Shown piece after piece: positions 10,701 through 20,300 of a stretch of DNA of 64,000 nucleotides (positions within the stretch are counted from its first letter, which is position 1; the number at the start of each line of letters is the position of its first letter). The notes beneath the pieces were generated by a model that was not told the origin of the DNA, made no database searches, and saw nothing but the letters and a program-made list of their open reading frames with translations. The stretch comes from an uncultured Acidobacteriota bacterium (GTDB lineage Bacteria > Acidobacteriota > Polarisedimenticolia > J045). A program made the position numbers and the translations under genes. Location of the stretch: contig CAVPCQ010000012.1 in assembly GCA_963702425.1 (NCBI GenBank), forward strand, positions 32,001 to 96,000, given 5' to 3'.

Positions 10701-13700
10701 CAATCGGACGATGGAACGATGGCACACCGAGACACCCTTGGGCTTCCCGGTGGAACCGGACGTGTAGATGACGTAGGCCAGGCTGTCCGCGGTCGCAGCG
10801 GCTCGTGGGCGCGCGTCGCTCTCCGAGGCGATCCCCGGCCAGTCTGTGTCGAGGCAGATCATCACGCCGTGATAGGCAGGCAACTGCTCCGTCAGGTGCG
10901 ATTGGGTCAGCAGCACCGGAGCGGCCGTGTCCTCCAGCATGAACTCGAGACGCTGCTTCGGGTATCCCGTATCGAGCGGAACGTACGCTCCGCCCGCTTT
11001 CAGGACCGCCAGGATCGCGACGATCATGTCGACCCCGCGCTCCGCGAAAACGGCGACCATGATCTCGGGACCGACGCCGCGGCCGATCAGCCGGTTAGCC
11101 AGGCGATTCGACAGGCGATCCAGTTCGCCATAGGTCACGCTCCGCCCTTCGTAGAGGACCGCCACGGCATCTGGCGAATCTTCCGCGCAACGTTCGAACA
11201 ACGTGTGGACGCACACTCCCGAAGGGTACTCCCGGGTCGTATCGTTCCACTCGACGGCCCGTCGTTGCTTTTCGGCCGGCGCGATCATCGAGATCTGGTC
11301 GAGCCTCCGAATCGCGGGTTCCGCGATCTGCTCCAGCAACCGCCCGAAGTGCCTGAGCAACTGCTCGGGCGCATCCGCTGCGAAACGCCGCGCATCGTAT
11401 CGAAGCTCCGCCGACAACCGTCTCCCCGGGTGGACGACCAATGCCAACGGGTAGTTCGCGTACGATACGTCCCGCCCCTCCGTGATCCGCAGGCTGCTCG
11501 CGGCCAGTGAAGACTGAACGTCCATCGGGTAATTCTCGTAGACGAGAAGGCTGTCGAACAGCTGCGTCGCGCCCCGGACGTTGCTCCAGCTCCGAATCTC
11601 GTACAACGGAGTGTATTCGTGCTGCTGCATCTCGGTCTGTTGTGCCTGGATGCCCTCGAGCCACTCCAGGATCGGCTGATCGTTCGTTTGCACCCGCATG
11701 GGCAGGGTGTTGATGAACAAGCCCATGATCCGTTCGACGCCGGGCAGCTCGGAAGCCCGGCCGGAAACCGTCACTCCGAAGAGGACATCATCCGTGCCGC
11801 TGTACCGAGACAACAGGAGCGACCAAGCGCCCTGGACCAGCGTGTTCACTGTCAGGCGGTGTCGTCGCGCGAACTCGGCGACTTTCGCGCTCGCCTCCTC
11901 TGACAGCAGAGTGGAAGCGCGCGCGGGGCGCACCGACACATCCGGGGGAAGCCCTTGGCAAACCGTCGGCAGGGGCGTCGGCTCATACCAGCCCGCCAGG
12001 CGATCGCGCCAGTACGCCTCGGCAGTGGAGCGATCCTGACGCTGCAGCCATCGGACGTAATCGGAGAACGGCCGTCCGGGATCCAGGTCCGTCGAGCGGC
12101 CGGCACGCCGGCTCGAGTACGCTCCCAGGACGCCGTTCAACAGAAGCGGCAGCGACCAGCCATCCAGGATGACATGGTGGTGGGTCCAGATCAGCCGGAA
12201 GGTGTCCACTCCGATCCGGATCAGGCGCACGCGCATCAGGGGGGGGGTTCCGAGGTCGAAGCCACGCCTCCGATCCAGGTCCGCCACGCTGTCGAGACGT
12301 TCCTCGAGTGTGTCTGGCTCGAGTGCGCTCCAGTCGTCCTCGGACCATTCCAGCTCGACATCGCGACACACCACCTGGTGGAACGTCTCCACGTTTTCGA
12401 CGACGAAGGCCGTACGGAGCACCGGTTGCCACCGGAGCACGTCCTGCCAGGCCGCTCTCATGTGATCCGGAACGAGATCGCCGACCAGCGTCAACGCCAG
12501 TTGGCTCGTATAGGTCGCGGAGTCCGGCTCCACGAGCGTGTGATACAGCATGCCCTCCTGGAGGGGCGACAGTACGTAGATGTCCTCGATGCCCAGGGGC
12601 CGGTACCGAGCCTGGATCCGGTCGAGTTCCGTTTGACTGAGCCGGGCGAGAGGAAAATCCGAAGGGGTGTAAGTGGTGAACTCGCGTGTCGCACAGTGCT
12701 CGATGATCTCCTGCAGCACGGAGTTGAAACGATCCGCGAGTGCCTGTACGGTGGCGCGGTCGTGGATGCGCTCGTCGAATATCCAGTTCACCTGCAACCG
12801 TCCGTCTTCCACTACCGCCGTGACATCCAACAGGTGGTGGCGACGGTTCCGGGGACTGACCTGGCTGCCCGCCGGCTCGCTGGCCCTCGCGAAGAGGGAG
12901 TCGTTCGCGAACGTCCGGTCGTCTTGTCCCAGGTAGTTGAAGCCGATCTGTCCGACCGGAAGCGATCGCAGCGTTCCCTTGATCCGCTCGTCCCCGGACA
13001 GGTACCGCAGAATGCCCCAGCCGACACCGTTCGACGGGAGGCTGCGAAGCTGTTCCTTGACAGCCGTCAGGACGGCGGCGATTCCCCGGGCGCCACCGAG
13101 ATCGATGAGCACCGGATAGACCGACGTGAACCAACCGACCGTGCGTGAGGTGTCAACGTCCTCGAACAGATCCTCCCGGCCGTGGCCCTCCAGGTTCACG
13201 AGGACCTTCTGCGAGCCCGCCCACTCGGAGAGCGATTGCGCCAGGGCAGCCATCAAGACGTCGTTGATCCGAGTCCGGTACGCGGCGGGGACGGCTTGGA
13301 GCAGGGCTGTGGTCTGGTGCCGCTCCAACTGGGCGCGAACGACGCCGCCGTCGGCCAACCGTCCGGCGGTCTCGTCCGGCGCACGATCCACGGGCAGGGG
13401 CGCTGGAGCGGCGTCGGCGAGCCGCAGCCAATACTCGCGCTGCGCGAGCGCGGCGTCGGAGTCCGCGTACGACGCGAGGCGGTGGGACCAGTCCCTGAGC
13501 GACGTGGTCTTCTGCGGCAGGCGAATCTCCTCCCCCGCCCGCAATTGCCTGCAGGCAGTCTGGAGGTCCTCGATCAAGATCATCAAGGAGACGGTGTCCA
13601 CGGCGACATGATGGATGGCGATCAGCAGATGGTCCGGACGCCCCCGTCCCAGGCGGAACTGGCCGACGTTGATCACGGGACCGCGCTCGAGGCTCAGACC

Positions 13701-16700
13701 GGTTTGCAGACGATCCGCGTGGGCCCGGAGAGTCGCCCGCAGTTCGGAATCCGGGACCCCGGACAGATCCACGTACGAGAACGGCGTCGGCCCGGCGTCC
13801 GCCACGATCTCCTGGGCCCACGCGTCTCCAGCGCGACGGAAGCGGAGCCGGAGCACATCGTGGTGCTCGATCAGAGCCTCGCACGCCCTGCGCAGGATCT
13901 CCGGGGCAACCTGCTCCCGGATTTCGAGCATGCGTCCGTAGTTGTAATGGTCCGGCTCATCCGGTCTCGATTCGAACCAGCGGTGCTGGATCGGCGTCAG
14001 CGGGAGCTCCCCGGTCACCGTGCCCTGTTCAGCGAGCACTGTCGGCACCGAACCGGCCACCGCCGCGAGAGCGGCAATGGTCGGGTTCTCGAAGAGGTCC
14101 CGCGGCTTCAGGCGCAAGCCCGCCTGGTTTGCGCGAGAGACGATCTGGATGCTGAGAATGGACTCGCCGCCGAGCTCGAAAAAATCGTCGTGCACTCCGA
14201 TCTTGTCGACCCGCAGGACCTCCGACCAGATCCGCGCGAGTGTCTGTTCTGCCGCGTTTCGGGGCGCAGCGTAGCCCTTGTCGGCATCATCGCGACCAAA
14301 CTCCGGACCGGGCAACGCAGCCCGGTCGAGCTTGCCGTTGGGCGTGAGCGGCAGGCGCTCGAGCACGAGGAAGGCGGCCGGGACCATGTAGTCCGGCAGA
14401 CGCTTCCGCAGGTACTCCCGCAGGTCCGACGGTGTCGGTGGCGGCGAAGCGGAACAGGCGACGTACGCGACGAGTCGCTTGGGACCGTCGCCGTCCCGGT
14501 GCACCACGACGGCACTCGCATCGACCTCGGCATGAAGATCGAGATGGGACTCGATCTCGCCCAGTTCGATCCGGAAGCCCCTCACCTTGACCTGGTCGTC
14601 TTTCCGCCCGAGGAAGTGCAGCACACCGTCGGCGCTGTACCGCGCCAGGTCGCCGGTCTTGTAGAGGCGACCATCCGCAACCGGATGGCGGACGAACTTC
14701 TCCTCGGTCTCCTCCGGGCGGTTGAGGTACCCGCGCGCGACGCTCGCACCGCCGACGTGAAGTTCGCCGGCCACGCCGACAGCGACCGGTTCTCCGTCCG
14801 AGCCGAGGAGATACACCTTGGTGTTGGCGATCGGCCTGCCGACGGGGGGCCCCCAGGGATAGCGCTCGCGGTCGCCGGGACTCACTCGATGGGTCAGGAC
14901 CCCGACGGTGGTCTCAGTTGGCCCATAGTGATTGAGGATCGCGCACCATGGAGCGAGGGATTGCACCCGCTCCACCAATCCCCACGAACAGACCTCCCCA
15001 CCGACCACGAGCAGTCGCCGGGGCAGAACATGCGCGGGGCTGGCCGCCGCCGTAAGCAGGGCTTCCAGGTGCGACGGCACGATCTTCACGCAGTCGACCG
15101 CGTTCGCCCTCATGTAGTCGGCGAACGCGTCTCCGTTTCCGATCCGTTCCTCGGACATCACGTGGAGACAGCCGCCGCTGCACAGGGCGCCGAAGATCGA
15201 CGTGTTCCCGAGATCTGCGGCCAGGGTGGAGACCGTCGCGAAGTGCGAGCCCGGAGGAACGTCCAACCGCTCGAGGACGGCCTCGGCGTAATTCAGCAAC
15301 TGCCGGTGCTCGATCTGCACGCCCTTGGGACGACCCGTAGTCCCGGAGGTGTACATGACGTACGCCAGGTTCTCGGGCTCGGCGTCTGGGAGCGATTGTC
15401 GGCCGTGCCCTGCAGCTTCTGGTTCCGGGTCCCCGTCGAGGCAGATCACGTGCGGGATTCCCGCGGGGAGATCGCTGGCCCTGGACGAATGGGTCAGCAC
15501 GACCTTGGCGCCGGAGTCCTCGAGCATGAACCGGATGCGCTCGCCCGGATAGACCGGGTCCAGCGGTACATACGCTGCCCCGGATGCCAGAACGCCCATC
15601 AGGCCTTCGATCATCTCCAGGGATCGATCGAAATACAGCGCGACGCGATCGTTGGAACCGACCCCGAGTGCGCGCAGCCGGCAAGCCAGCGTCCTCGCTC
15701 TGGTATCGAGTTCGGCGTAGCTCAGCGCGCATCCCTCGAACACGACAGCCGGCGCGTCGGGACGCGTCCGGGCCCAGTCCTGAAACAGTTGCGGTACGCA
15801 GCGATCAGAAGGCAGGTCGCGTTCCGTGCGATTCCAATCCACGAGAAGCTGTTGGCGCTCGCTCTCGTCCATCAGCTGGAGTTGAGAGATCGGCCGATCC
15901 TCATTCTGTCCGATCTGCAGCAGCAGGTACCTGTAGTGCTTCAGCAGCCGCTGAACGGTCTCTGCATCGAACAGATCGCGCGCATACTCGATCCGAATCA
16001 CGACGCGCTCGCGGGACTCGATGCAGTGGATCGAAAGGTCGAATCGTGCGAAATCGAGATCGGACCCGAGCATCTGCACCTGCACGGGGCCGAGGCGGCC
16101 CTCACTCCCCTTCTGGTCCAGTTCGAGGTGGTTGAACAGGATCTGGAACAGTGGATTGCGGCCGAGGTCCCGCTCGGGCCGCAGCTCCTCGACCAGCTTC
16201 TCGAAGGGCACGTCCGGCCGCGCAAACGCGCCGAGTACGACCTGCCGGACACGCCCCAGCAGCTCCGGGAAGGTCGGATCGCCGGCGAGGTTCGTCCGCA
16301 GGACGAGGTTGTTTACGAAGAAGCCGATCAGTCCCTCGACTTTCCGATGACTCCTTCCGGAGATCGGTGTGCCGATTACCAGATCGGTCTGTCCACTGGA
16401 CCGCCACAGCAGAACCTTGAACGCAGCCAGCAGCATCATGAACGAAGTGACGCCCCGACGCTGGCAGAGCTCCCTGAGTGAGGCGGTTTCGTCGACGGAC
16501 AGCGTCACCATTTCGGTGCCGCCTCGATGGCTCTGGCTCGTCGGCCTGGGCCGGTCCATCGGCAAGTCGACGGACGGCAAGTCTACGCCGAGAAGCGTTC
16601 GCCAGTACTTCAGATCCCGCTCGAGATACGGCCCTTGCAGCATCTCCCGCTGCCACTGGGCGTAGTCCGCGTACTGAAGCTCGAGCTCCGGCAACGGCGA

Positions 16701-17399
16701 CGGCCGGCCATCAAGGAAGGCCTCGTACAGCGCAGCAAGCTCGCTGAAGAACAAGTGGAGCGACATGCCGTCGGAGACAATGTGGTGCATGGACACGTGA
16801 AAGATGTGGTCGTCGTCGTCGAGCCGGAGGAGTGCGGCTCGGATCATCGGGCCCTTGCCCAGGTCGAACGAACGCGCGCTCTGCTCGAGGGCAAGGCGCC
16901 TGCCCTCTTCCAGGCGCGTCTCCGCCGGCAGCGAACCGAGATCCTCGAACTGAAGTTCCATCGCTGGTCGTCCGTCGATGACCAGGCGCGGCCTGCCATC
17001 GACCGTCGGGAATCTCGATCGCAGGGTTTCGTGCCGGGTCACGATCGCATCCAGGCTCCGCTGCAGCAGGTCTACACGAAGAGGGCCCCTCAATCGGAGG
17101 TTCCTGGTGATGTTGTAGGTGTGGCTCGCCCCTTCCAGCTGGTCGATGAACCACAGCCTCTGCTGGCCGAACGCCAGCTCAAGCTGCTGGTCTCGCGGAA
17201 TGGGAACCAGGGGGACAGTCTCCCCTGGAGCGTCCGAATCACGTAGAAGCTCGACCAGTTCCCCGCGTTTGGAAGCGATCTCGGCGCGAAGCTCGGCCGT
17301 AAGCGCGCCGGTCGGTGCGCTGTACTTGAGTTGATCGCCCTCGAGCCACAGGCGGATGTCCCTCTTTCGTAGCTCGGCGAGCAGTTGGTGCGTGATCAT
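4734..17399 (-). CDS. Hybrid NRPS/PKS (4th, terminal subunit): TubC-N-type docking-C-A(Asp)-PCP-E-C-A(Ile)-PCP-KS-AT-KR-ACP; no TE
   Basis: N-terminal 'LLAELRKRDIRLWLEGDQLKYSAP'; C HHIVSDG; A code read manually DLTKVGHVGK (Asp); PCP GGESI; E HHVAVD/EGHGRE/RTVGWFT; C HHVILDG; A code DAFFLGVTFK (Ile); PCP GGHSL; KS VQTACST/HGTAT/GHL; AT GHSLG, HAYH; KR GGLTGVG, YSAAN; ACP GGNSL, then only a short tail. Confidence 0.95.
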   Translation of the reverse strand: MITHQLLAELRKRDIRLWLEGDQLKYSAPTGALTAELRAEIASKRGELVELLRDSDAPGETVPLVPIPRDQQLELAFGQQRLWFIDQLEGASHTYNITRNLRLRGPLRVDLLQRSLDAIVTRHETLRSRFPTVDGRPRLVIDGRPAMELQFEDLGSLPAETRLEEGRRLALEQSARSFDLGKGPMIRAALLRLDDDDHIFHVSMHHIVSDGMSLHLFFSELAALYEAFLDGRPSPLPELELQYADYAQWQREMLQGPYLERDLKYWRTLLGVDLPSVDLPMDRPRPTSQSHRGGTEMVTLSVDETASLRELCQRRGVTSFMMLLAAFKVLLWRSSGQTDLVIGTPISGRSHRKVEGLIGFFVNNLVLRTNLAGDPTFPELLGRVRQVVLGAFARPDVPFEKLVEELRPERDLGRNPLFQILFNHLELDQKGSEGRLGPVQVQMLGSDLDFARFDLSIHCIESRERVVIRIEYARDLFDAETVQRLLKHYRYLLLQIGQNEDRPISQLQLMDESERQQLLVDWNRTERDLPSDRCVPQLFQDWARTRPDAPAVVFEGCALSYAELDTRARTLACRLRALGVGSNDRVALYFDRSLEMIEGLMGVLASGAAYVPLDPVYPGERIRFMLEDSGAKVVLTHSSRASDLPAGIPHVICLDGDPEPEAAGHGRQSLPDAEPENLAYVMYTSGTTGRPKGVQIEHRQLLNYAEAVLERLDVPPGSHFATVSTLAADLGNTSIFGALCSGGCLHVMSEERIGNGDAFADYMRANAVDCVKIVPSHLEALLTAAASPAHVLPRRLLVVGGEVCSWGLVERVQSLAPWCAILNHYGPTETTVGVLTHRVSPGDRERYPWGPPVGRPIANTKVYLLGSDGEPVAVGVAGELHVGGASVARGYLNRPEETEEKFVRHPVADGRLYKTGDLARYSADGVLHFLGRKDDQVKVRGFRIELGEIESHLDLHAEVDASAVVVHRDGDGPKRLVAYVACSASPPPTPSDLREYLRKRLPDYMVPAAFLVLERLPLTPNGKLDRAALPGPEFGRDDADKGYAAPRNAAEQTLARIWSEVLRVDKIGVHDDFFELGGESILSIQIVSRANQAGLRLKPRDLFENPTIAALAAVAGSVPTVLAEQGTVTGELPLTPIQHRWFESRPDEPDHYNYGRMLEIREQVAPEILRRACEALIEHHDVLRLRFRRAGDAWAQEIVADAGPTPFSYVDLSGVPDSELRATLRAHADRLQTGLSLERGPVINVGQFRLGRGRPDHLLIAIHHVAVDTVSLMILIEDLQTACRQLRAGEEIRLPQKTTSLRDWSHRLASYADSDAALAQREYWLRLADAAPAPLPVDRAPDETAGRLADGGVVRAQLERHQTTALLQAVPAAYRTRINDVLMAALAQSLSEWAGSQKVLVNLEGHGREDLFEDVDTSRTVGWFTSVYPVLIDLGGARGIAAVLTAVKEQLRSLPSNGVGWGILRYLSGDERIKGTLRSLPVGQIGFNYLGQDDRTFANDSLFARASEPAGSQVSPRNRRHHLLDVTAVVEDGRLQVNWIFDERIHDRATVQALADRFNSVLQEIIEHCATREFTTYTPSDFPLARLSQTELDRIQARYRPLGIEDIYVLSPLQEGMLYHTLVEPDSATYTSQLALTLVGDLVPDHMRAAWQDVLRWQPVLRTAFVVENVETFHQVVCRDVELEWSEDDWSALEPDTLEERLDSVADLDRRRGFDLGTPPLMRVRLIRIGVDTFRLIWTHHHVILDGWSLPLLLNGVLGAYSSRRAGRSTDLDPGRPFSDYVRWLQRQDRSTAEAYWRDRLAGWYEPTPLPTVCQGLPPDVSVRPARASTLLSEEASAKVAEFARRHRLTVNTLVQGAWSLLLSRYSGTDDVLFGVTVSGRASELPGVERIMGLFINTLPMRVQTNDQPILEWLEGIQAQQTEMQQHEYTPLYEIRSWSNVRGATQLFDSLLVYENYPMDVQSSLAASSLRITEGRDVSYANYPLALVVHPGRRLSAELRYDARRFAADAPEQLLRHFGRLLEQIAEPAIRRLDQISMIAPAEKQRRAVEWNDTTREYPSGVCVHTLFERCAEDSPDAVAVLYEGRSVTYGELDRLSNRLANRLIGRGVGPEIMVAVFAERGVDMIVAILAVLKAGGAYVPLDTGYPKQRLEFMLEDTAAPVLLTQSHLTEQLPAYHGVMICLDTDWPGIASESDARPRAAATADSLAYVIYTSGSTGKPKGVSVCHRSIVRLVRNTDYIQLGPSDRIAQASNASFDAATFEIWGALLNGAQLIGLGPDIVLSPRRFSAELRERGITVLFLTTALFNQLTVEAPGSCRALRYLLFGGEAVDPARVRAVLEDGPPENLLHVYGPTENTTFSTWYPVREVPEDAVTVPIGLPIANSTCFILDQAFEPCPPGVLGELFVGGDGLARGYLSRPELTAQRFVDVDTGGPRPVRLYRTGDLVRRLASGDIEFIGRSDNQVKLRGFRIELGEVEAALVQRPEVRDAVVMCLDDGQGDKYLAAYVVSSTGREPSRADLRAALCETMPEYMVPSVFVFLDALPLTPNGKVDRRALPAPATDRVSEEAYVAPRSEIEERIAAIWRGVLGVETVGVRDNFFDLGGHSLRLLQVHRRLIDELGRDVPVTDLFQYPTVEGLASHLSGDEDPVPGLHASAETRLARRGADRGNAIAVIAMAGRFPGARDVETFWDNLRDGVESVRFFTDEELRTAGIPEHLLAHPKFVKARAILDDVEFFDARFFGYSPREAELLDPQQRVFLECAWEVLERAGYDPERYAGMIAVYAGMTTSSYAMNLQSQPGLLSSVGGMQWTLSVDKDFIATRVSYDLNLRGPSMTVQTACSTGLVAVHEACRSLLDHQCDIALAGGVCIQIPVVNGYMYESGGIRAADGHNRTFDARADGTVSGSGSAVIALKRLEDALADGDQVHAVIRGTAVNNDGSSKVGFTAPSVEGQAAAIALAQASAGVDPESISYVEAHGTATALGDPIEVAALTKVFRERTAKRAFCGLGSLKSNMGHLNEAAGVAGLIKTVLAMEHGQLPPSLHFESPNPNIDFDDSPFYVVSELRDWTTPAGVPRRAGVSAFGLGGTNAHAILEEAPALDASGPSRPCQLLMLSAKSREALDEAGVRLSDHLERNSDVNLADAAYTLQVGRREFRHRRAVLCRDGADAVQALRGGAADRVWTRHAPERAPSVVFMFPGHGHQHMDMGRELYETETVFRETVDEGLHYLRDEIDFDLRSCLYPAEADPADAAVLLDRPTIFQPAVFLVDYAMARLWQSWGIEPAACIGHSLGEYVAACVSGVLSYQDALRVVALRGRLMEKSPDGAMLSIPLPEDRVRALLQREEGIWLSAVNAPSLCLVSGDPKRIEAFEERLTRDGVECSRVAATHAYHSGLMESGVGPLVEAVGKAKLGSLRIPFVSNLTGDWITESEARSPEYWGLHLREPVRFAEGMERILRMPDQVLLEVGPGQIMTSLARMHDACDPNKVLISSMRHPKAEVSDAAVLMGALARLWTVGVSVDWCGFYRAESRRRVTLPTYPFQRQRFWIDRLDKSVERGEGSPGLRRNIADWYYARTWRRTSLSGERPLTASDRPAETRCVVFADGSDFARRCLERLQADGRRVFEVTTGPRYERTGDRITLDPRSQDDYHRLVGDLARDGGFPGLAVHLWGTTPASDAIRNDDALAEELQYLGYFSLFFLVRALADAEASSGLRIFAVTEGVHDVTGAESICAEKATILGPVRVIGHEFAKVSCRNVDFSAEDLRLQVPEAVDALIREIDGAAADADSDPVVAYRSGRRWLESFSPVHLSKPDGDLTPRLRERGTYLISGGLTGVGYVLANCLAEWCHANLVLVGRTPLPDRSEWEQHLNGDKTDPVSRRIRTVQTLEANGAQVMAVAADVSDPVQMRNVLREARSRFGSIHGVVHAAGVTAGGLLAIQSPDRPWLSFGPKLLGTRVLESLLSQEQLDFFVLCSSLNAVKGVPGVADYSAANAYLDAFARSHAASTGRFCVSVNWNRWREVGMAVEAAGVPLPEAQGISNREGGEVFRRILAGAEEPNVLVSETDLSLLLQSARPQRYRLPTAVESPDLEESEMVEAPAGRHRHPRPDLPTDYVPPETPTEIILAEIWSEVLGIDRVGVNDSFLELGGNSLVMVKVMEALETRAGMKVNLRALFHQTLGQIASTCDAKVAEVEPAPAGRTGRSVLSALGRLVAPRDRRGRPRN
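4990..9800 (-). repeat. Duplicated PCP-KS-AT-KR-ACP block, copy B (partner ~17600-22440)
   Basis: Long runs of identical DNA at an offset of about 12.63 kb, e.g. 'aagaagttgtcccgg' at ~9601 and ~22233, and 'tctccggtggaacg' at ~5054 and ~17683. Confidence 0.9.
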
Positions 17400-20300
17400 A
17401 GGGTTCCCTCTTCACGACTTTCGCTCTCACCGACCGTGGCGCAGGACTGCCCTTCCTTCGCCCACATGAGACCATCGATGTGTTTGGCAAGCTCCCCGAT
17501 AGTGAGCATGAGGAACAACTTGTGGAGCTGGAGCTCGACCTTGAGGGTCTCGCGAACCCGCGACAGGACCTTGATCGCCACCAGTGAGCTGCCGCCGAGT
17601 TCGAGGAAGTTGTCGTTGACTCCGATGCCGTCGATCCCGAGAACCGCGGACCAGATCTCCGCGAGCGCCAGCTCGGTCTGTGTCTCCGGTGGAACGAAGT
17701 CCGTCGGAAGCTCGGGGCGCGGGTAGAGATGGCGCCCGCTCGGTGCCTCGGCCGTCTCGCGCTCCTGCTTGTCGGTGGACTCAGACCCGGCGGGGAGTTG
17801 GTAGCGCTGGGACCGAGCGGACCGAAGCAGGAGCGGAAGGTCGGTCTCGGACACCAGGACGTTCGGCTCTTCCGCGCCGCGCAGGATCCGGCGGAACACC
17901 TCTCCACCTTCCTGGTTGGAGATGCCCTGACCCTCCGGAAGCGGTGCTCCTGCGGCCTCCACCGCCATACCGACTTCACGCCAGCGACTCCAGTTCACGG
18001 AGACGCAGAAGCGACCGGTACTCGCCGCGTGGCACCGGGCGAATGCATCGAGGTAGGCGTTCGCCGCCGAGTAGTCCGCCACGCCGGGTACGCCGATGAC
18101 GGTATTGAGGGACGAGCAGACTACGAAGAAGTCCAGGCGTTCCTGGCTCAGCGAGCGTTCCAGGACGCGAGCTCCCATCAGCTTCGGCCCGAAACTGAAC
18201 CACGGTCTGTCCGGAGACTGGATTGCCATGAGGCCGCCCGCCGTAACGCCGGCCGCATGGACCACCCCGTGAATCGGACCGAAATGGGTCCTTGCGTCCT
18301 TCAGCACCTTCTGCATCTCAACCGGATCGGACACGTCCGCAGCGCATGCCATGACCTGCGCACCGCTCGCCTCCAGAGACTGCACCGCGCGTATCCGGCG
18401 GCTCACGGACTCGTCGTTTCCGTCTCCACGGAGGTATTCCGCCCACTCCGATCTGTCCGGCAACGGAGTTCGGCCCACGAGCACGAGGTTCGCGTGGCAC
18501 CATTCGGCCAGGCAGTTCGCCAGAACGAGTCCGACGCCGGTCAAGCCACCGGTGACGAGATATGTTCCACGCTCCCGCAGGCGGGCCGTCGAGTCGCCTT
18601 TTGGCTCGACCAGGCGCACGGGCGAAAACGACTCGACCCAACGGCGTCCGTTGCGATAGGCGACCACGGCGTCGGAGTCGGTGTCGGCCGCGGCGCCGTC
18701 GATCTCGCGAATCAGCGCGTCCACCGCATCCGGCGCGCGCCGTTGCAGGTCGTCTGCCGAGAAGTCGACGTTCCGGCAGGACACCTTCGTGAACTCGTGG
18801 TCGATCACTCGAACCGCGCCGAGGACCGTCGCCTTTTCGGCGCAGATGGACTCGGCGCCCGTCACGTCGTGCACGCCCTCCGTGACGGCGAAGATGCGCA
18901 GTCCGTTCGAGGCTTCCGCGTCCGCCAACGCCCGCACCAGGAAGAACAGGCTGAAGTAGCCGCGGTACTGCACCTCGTCAACCAGCGCATCCTCCTGGCG
19001 CAGGGAGGCCGGAGCGGGCGTGGTGCCCCAGAGGTGAACGGCGAGTCCGGGGCAACCGTCGTCCCGCGCCAGGTCGCCGACGAGCCGCTGATAGTCGGCC
19101 TGCGACCTCGGATCGAGGGTGATCCTGTCGCCCGTCCGCTCGTAGCGCGCGCCGGTCGTCACCTCGAACACCTGTCGGCCGTCGGCCTTGAGTCTCTCCA
19201 CGCACCGCCGCGCGAAGTCCGAGCCGTCTCCAAAGACCACGCAGCGGGCCTCAGCGCCTCGGTCCGAGGCCGTCGAGGGACCGCCTTCGGAGAGACTCGT
19301 CCGCCGCCAGAACCTCGTGTAGTACCAATCGGCGATGTTCCTTCTCGGACCCAGGGAACCCGCGACTCGTTCGACCGGCTTCCTGACCCGGTCGATCCAG
19401 AAGCGCTGCCGCTGGAACGGGTACGTGGGCAGCGTCACGCGGCGGCGAGACTCATCCCGGTAGAAGCCCGGCCAGGACAACCGGCCTCCCGCCGTCCAGA
19501 GGCGAGCGACGGCACCCATGACCACCGCCGCATCCGAGACCTCCGCCTTCGGATGACGCATCGACGAGATCAGAACCCTGCCGGGATCGCACGCGTCATG
19601 CATGCGCGCCAGTGAGGTCATGATCTGGCCGGGACCGATCTCGAGGAGGATCTGATCTGGCATCTTCAGGATCCGCTCCATCCCCTCGGCGAAGCGAACC
19701 GGCTCCCGGAGGTGGAGTCCCCAGTATTCGGGACTCCGGGCCTCCGACTCCGTGATCCAGTCGCCCGTCAGGTTGGACATGAACGGAATGCCCAACGAGC
19801 CGAGTGCCGCCTTCCCGACGGCGTCTACGAGCGGTCGCACACCCCCCTCCATCAGCCCGGAGTGGTACGCGTGCGTGGCGGCCACGCGGCTGCACTCCAC
19901 ACCGTCCCGCGTCAGACGCTCCTCGAACACTGCGATCCGCGTCGGGTCGCCGGAAACGAGACACAGCGACGGAGCATTGACCGCGGACAGCCAGATCCCC
20001 TCCTCGTTCTCCAGCAAGGCACGGACATGGTCTTCGTCGAACGGGATCGACAGCATCGCGCCGTCGGGAGACTTCTCCATCAGGCGGCCACGAAGCGACA
20101 CGATCCGCAGCGCATCCCGGTAACTCAGCACACCGGACACGCACGCGGCCACGTACTCCCCCAGGCTGTGGCCGATGCAGGCGACCGGCTCGACACCCCA
20201 CGACTGCCAGAGTTTCGCCATCGCGTAGTCGACGAGAAACAGCGCGGGCTGGAAGATCGTCGGACGGTCCAGCACGGCCGCCGGATCGGCGCTGTCGGCC

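Noticed and set aside
13182-16481. 1099-aa plus-strand ORF (also 28635-32864, 22109-24337, 24563-26641, 17729-19615 and many shorter ones)
   Set aside because: Antisense shadows of high-GC NRPS/PKS genes; no recognisable motifs and fully overlapped by well-supported minus-strand genes.
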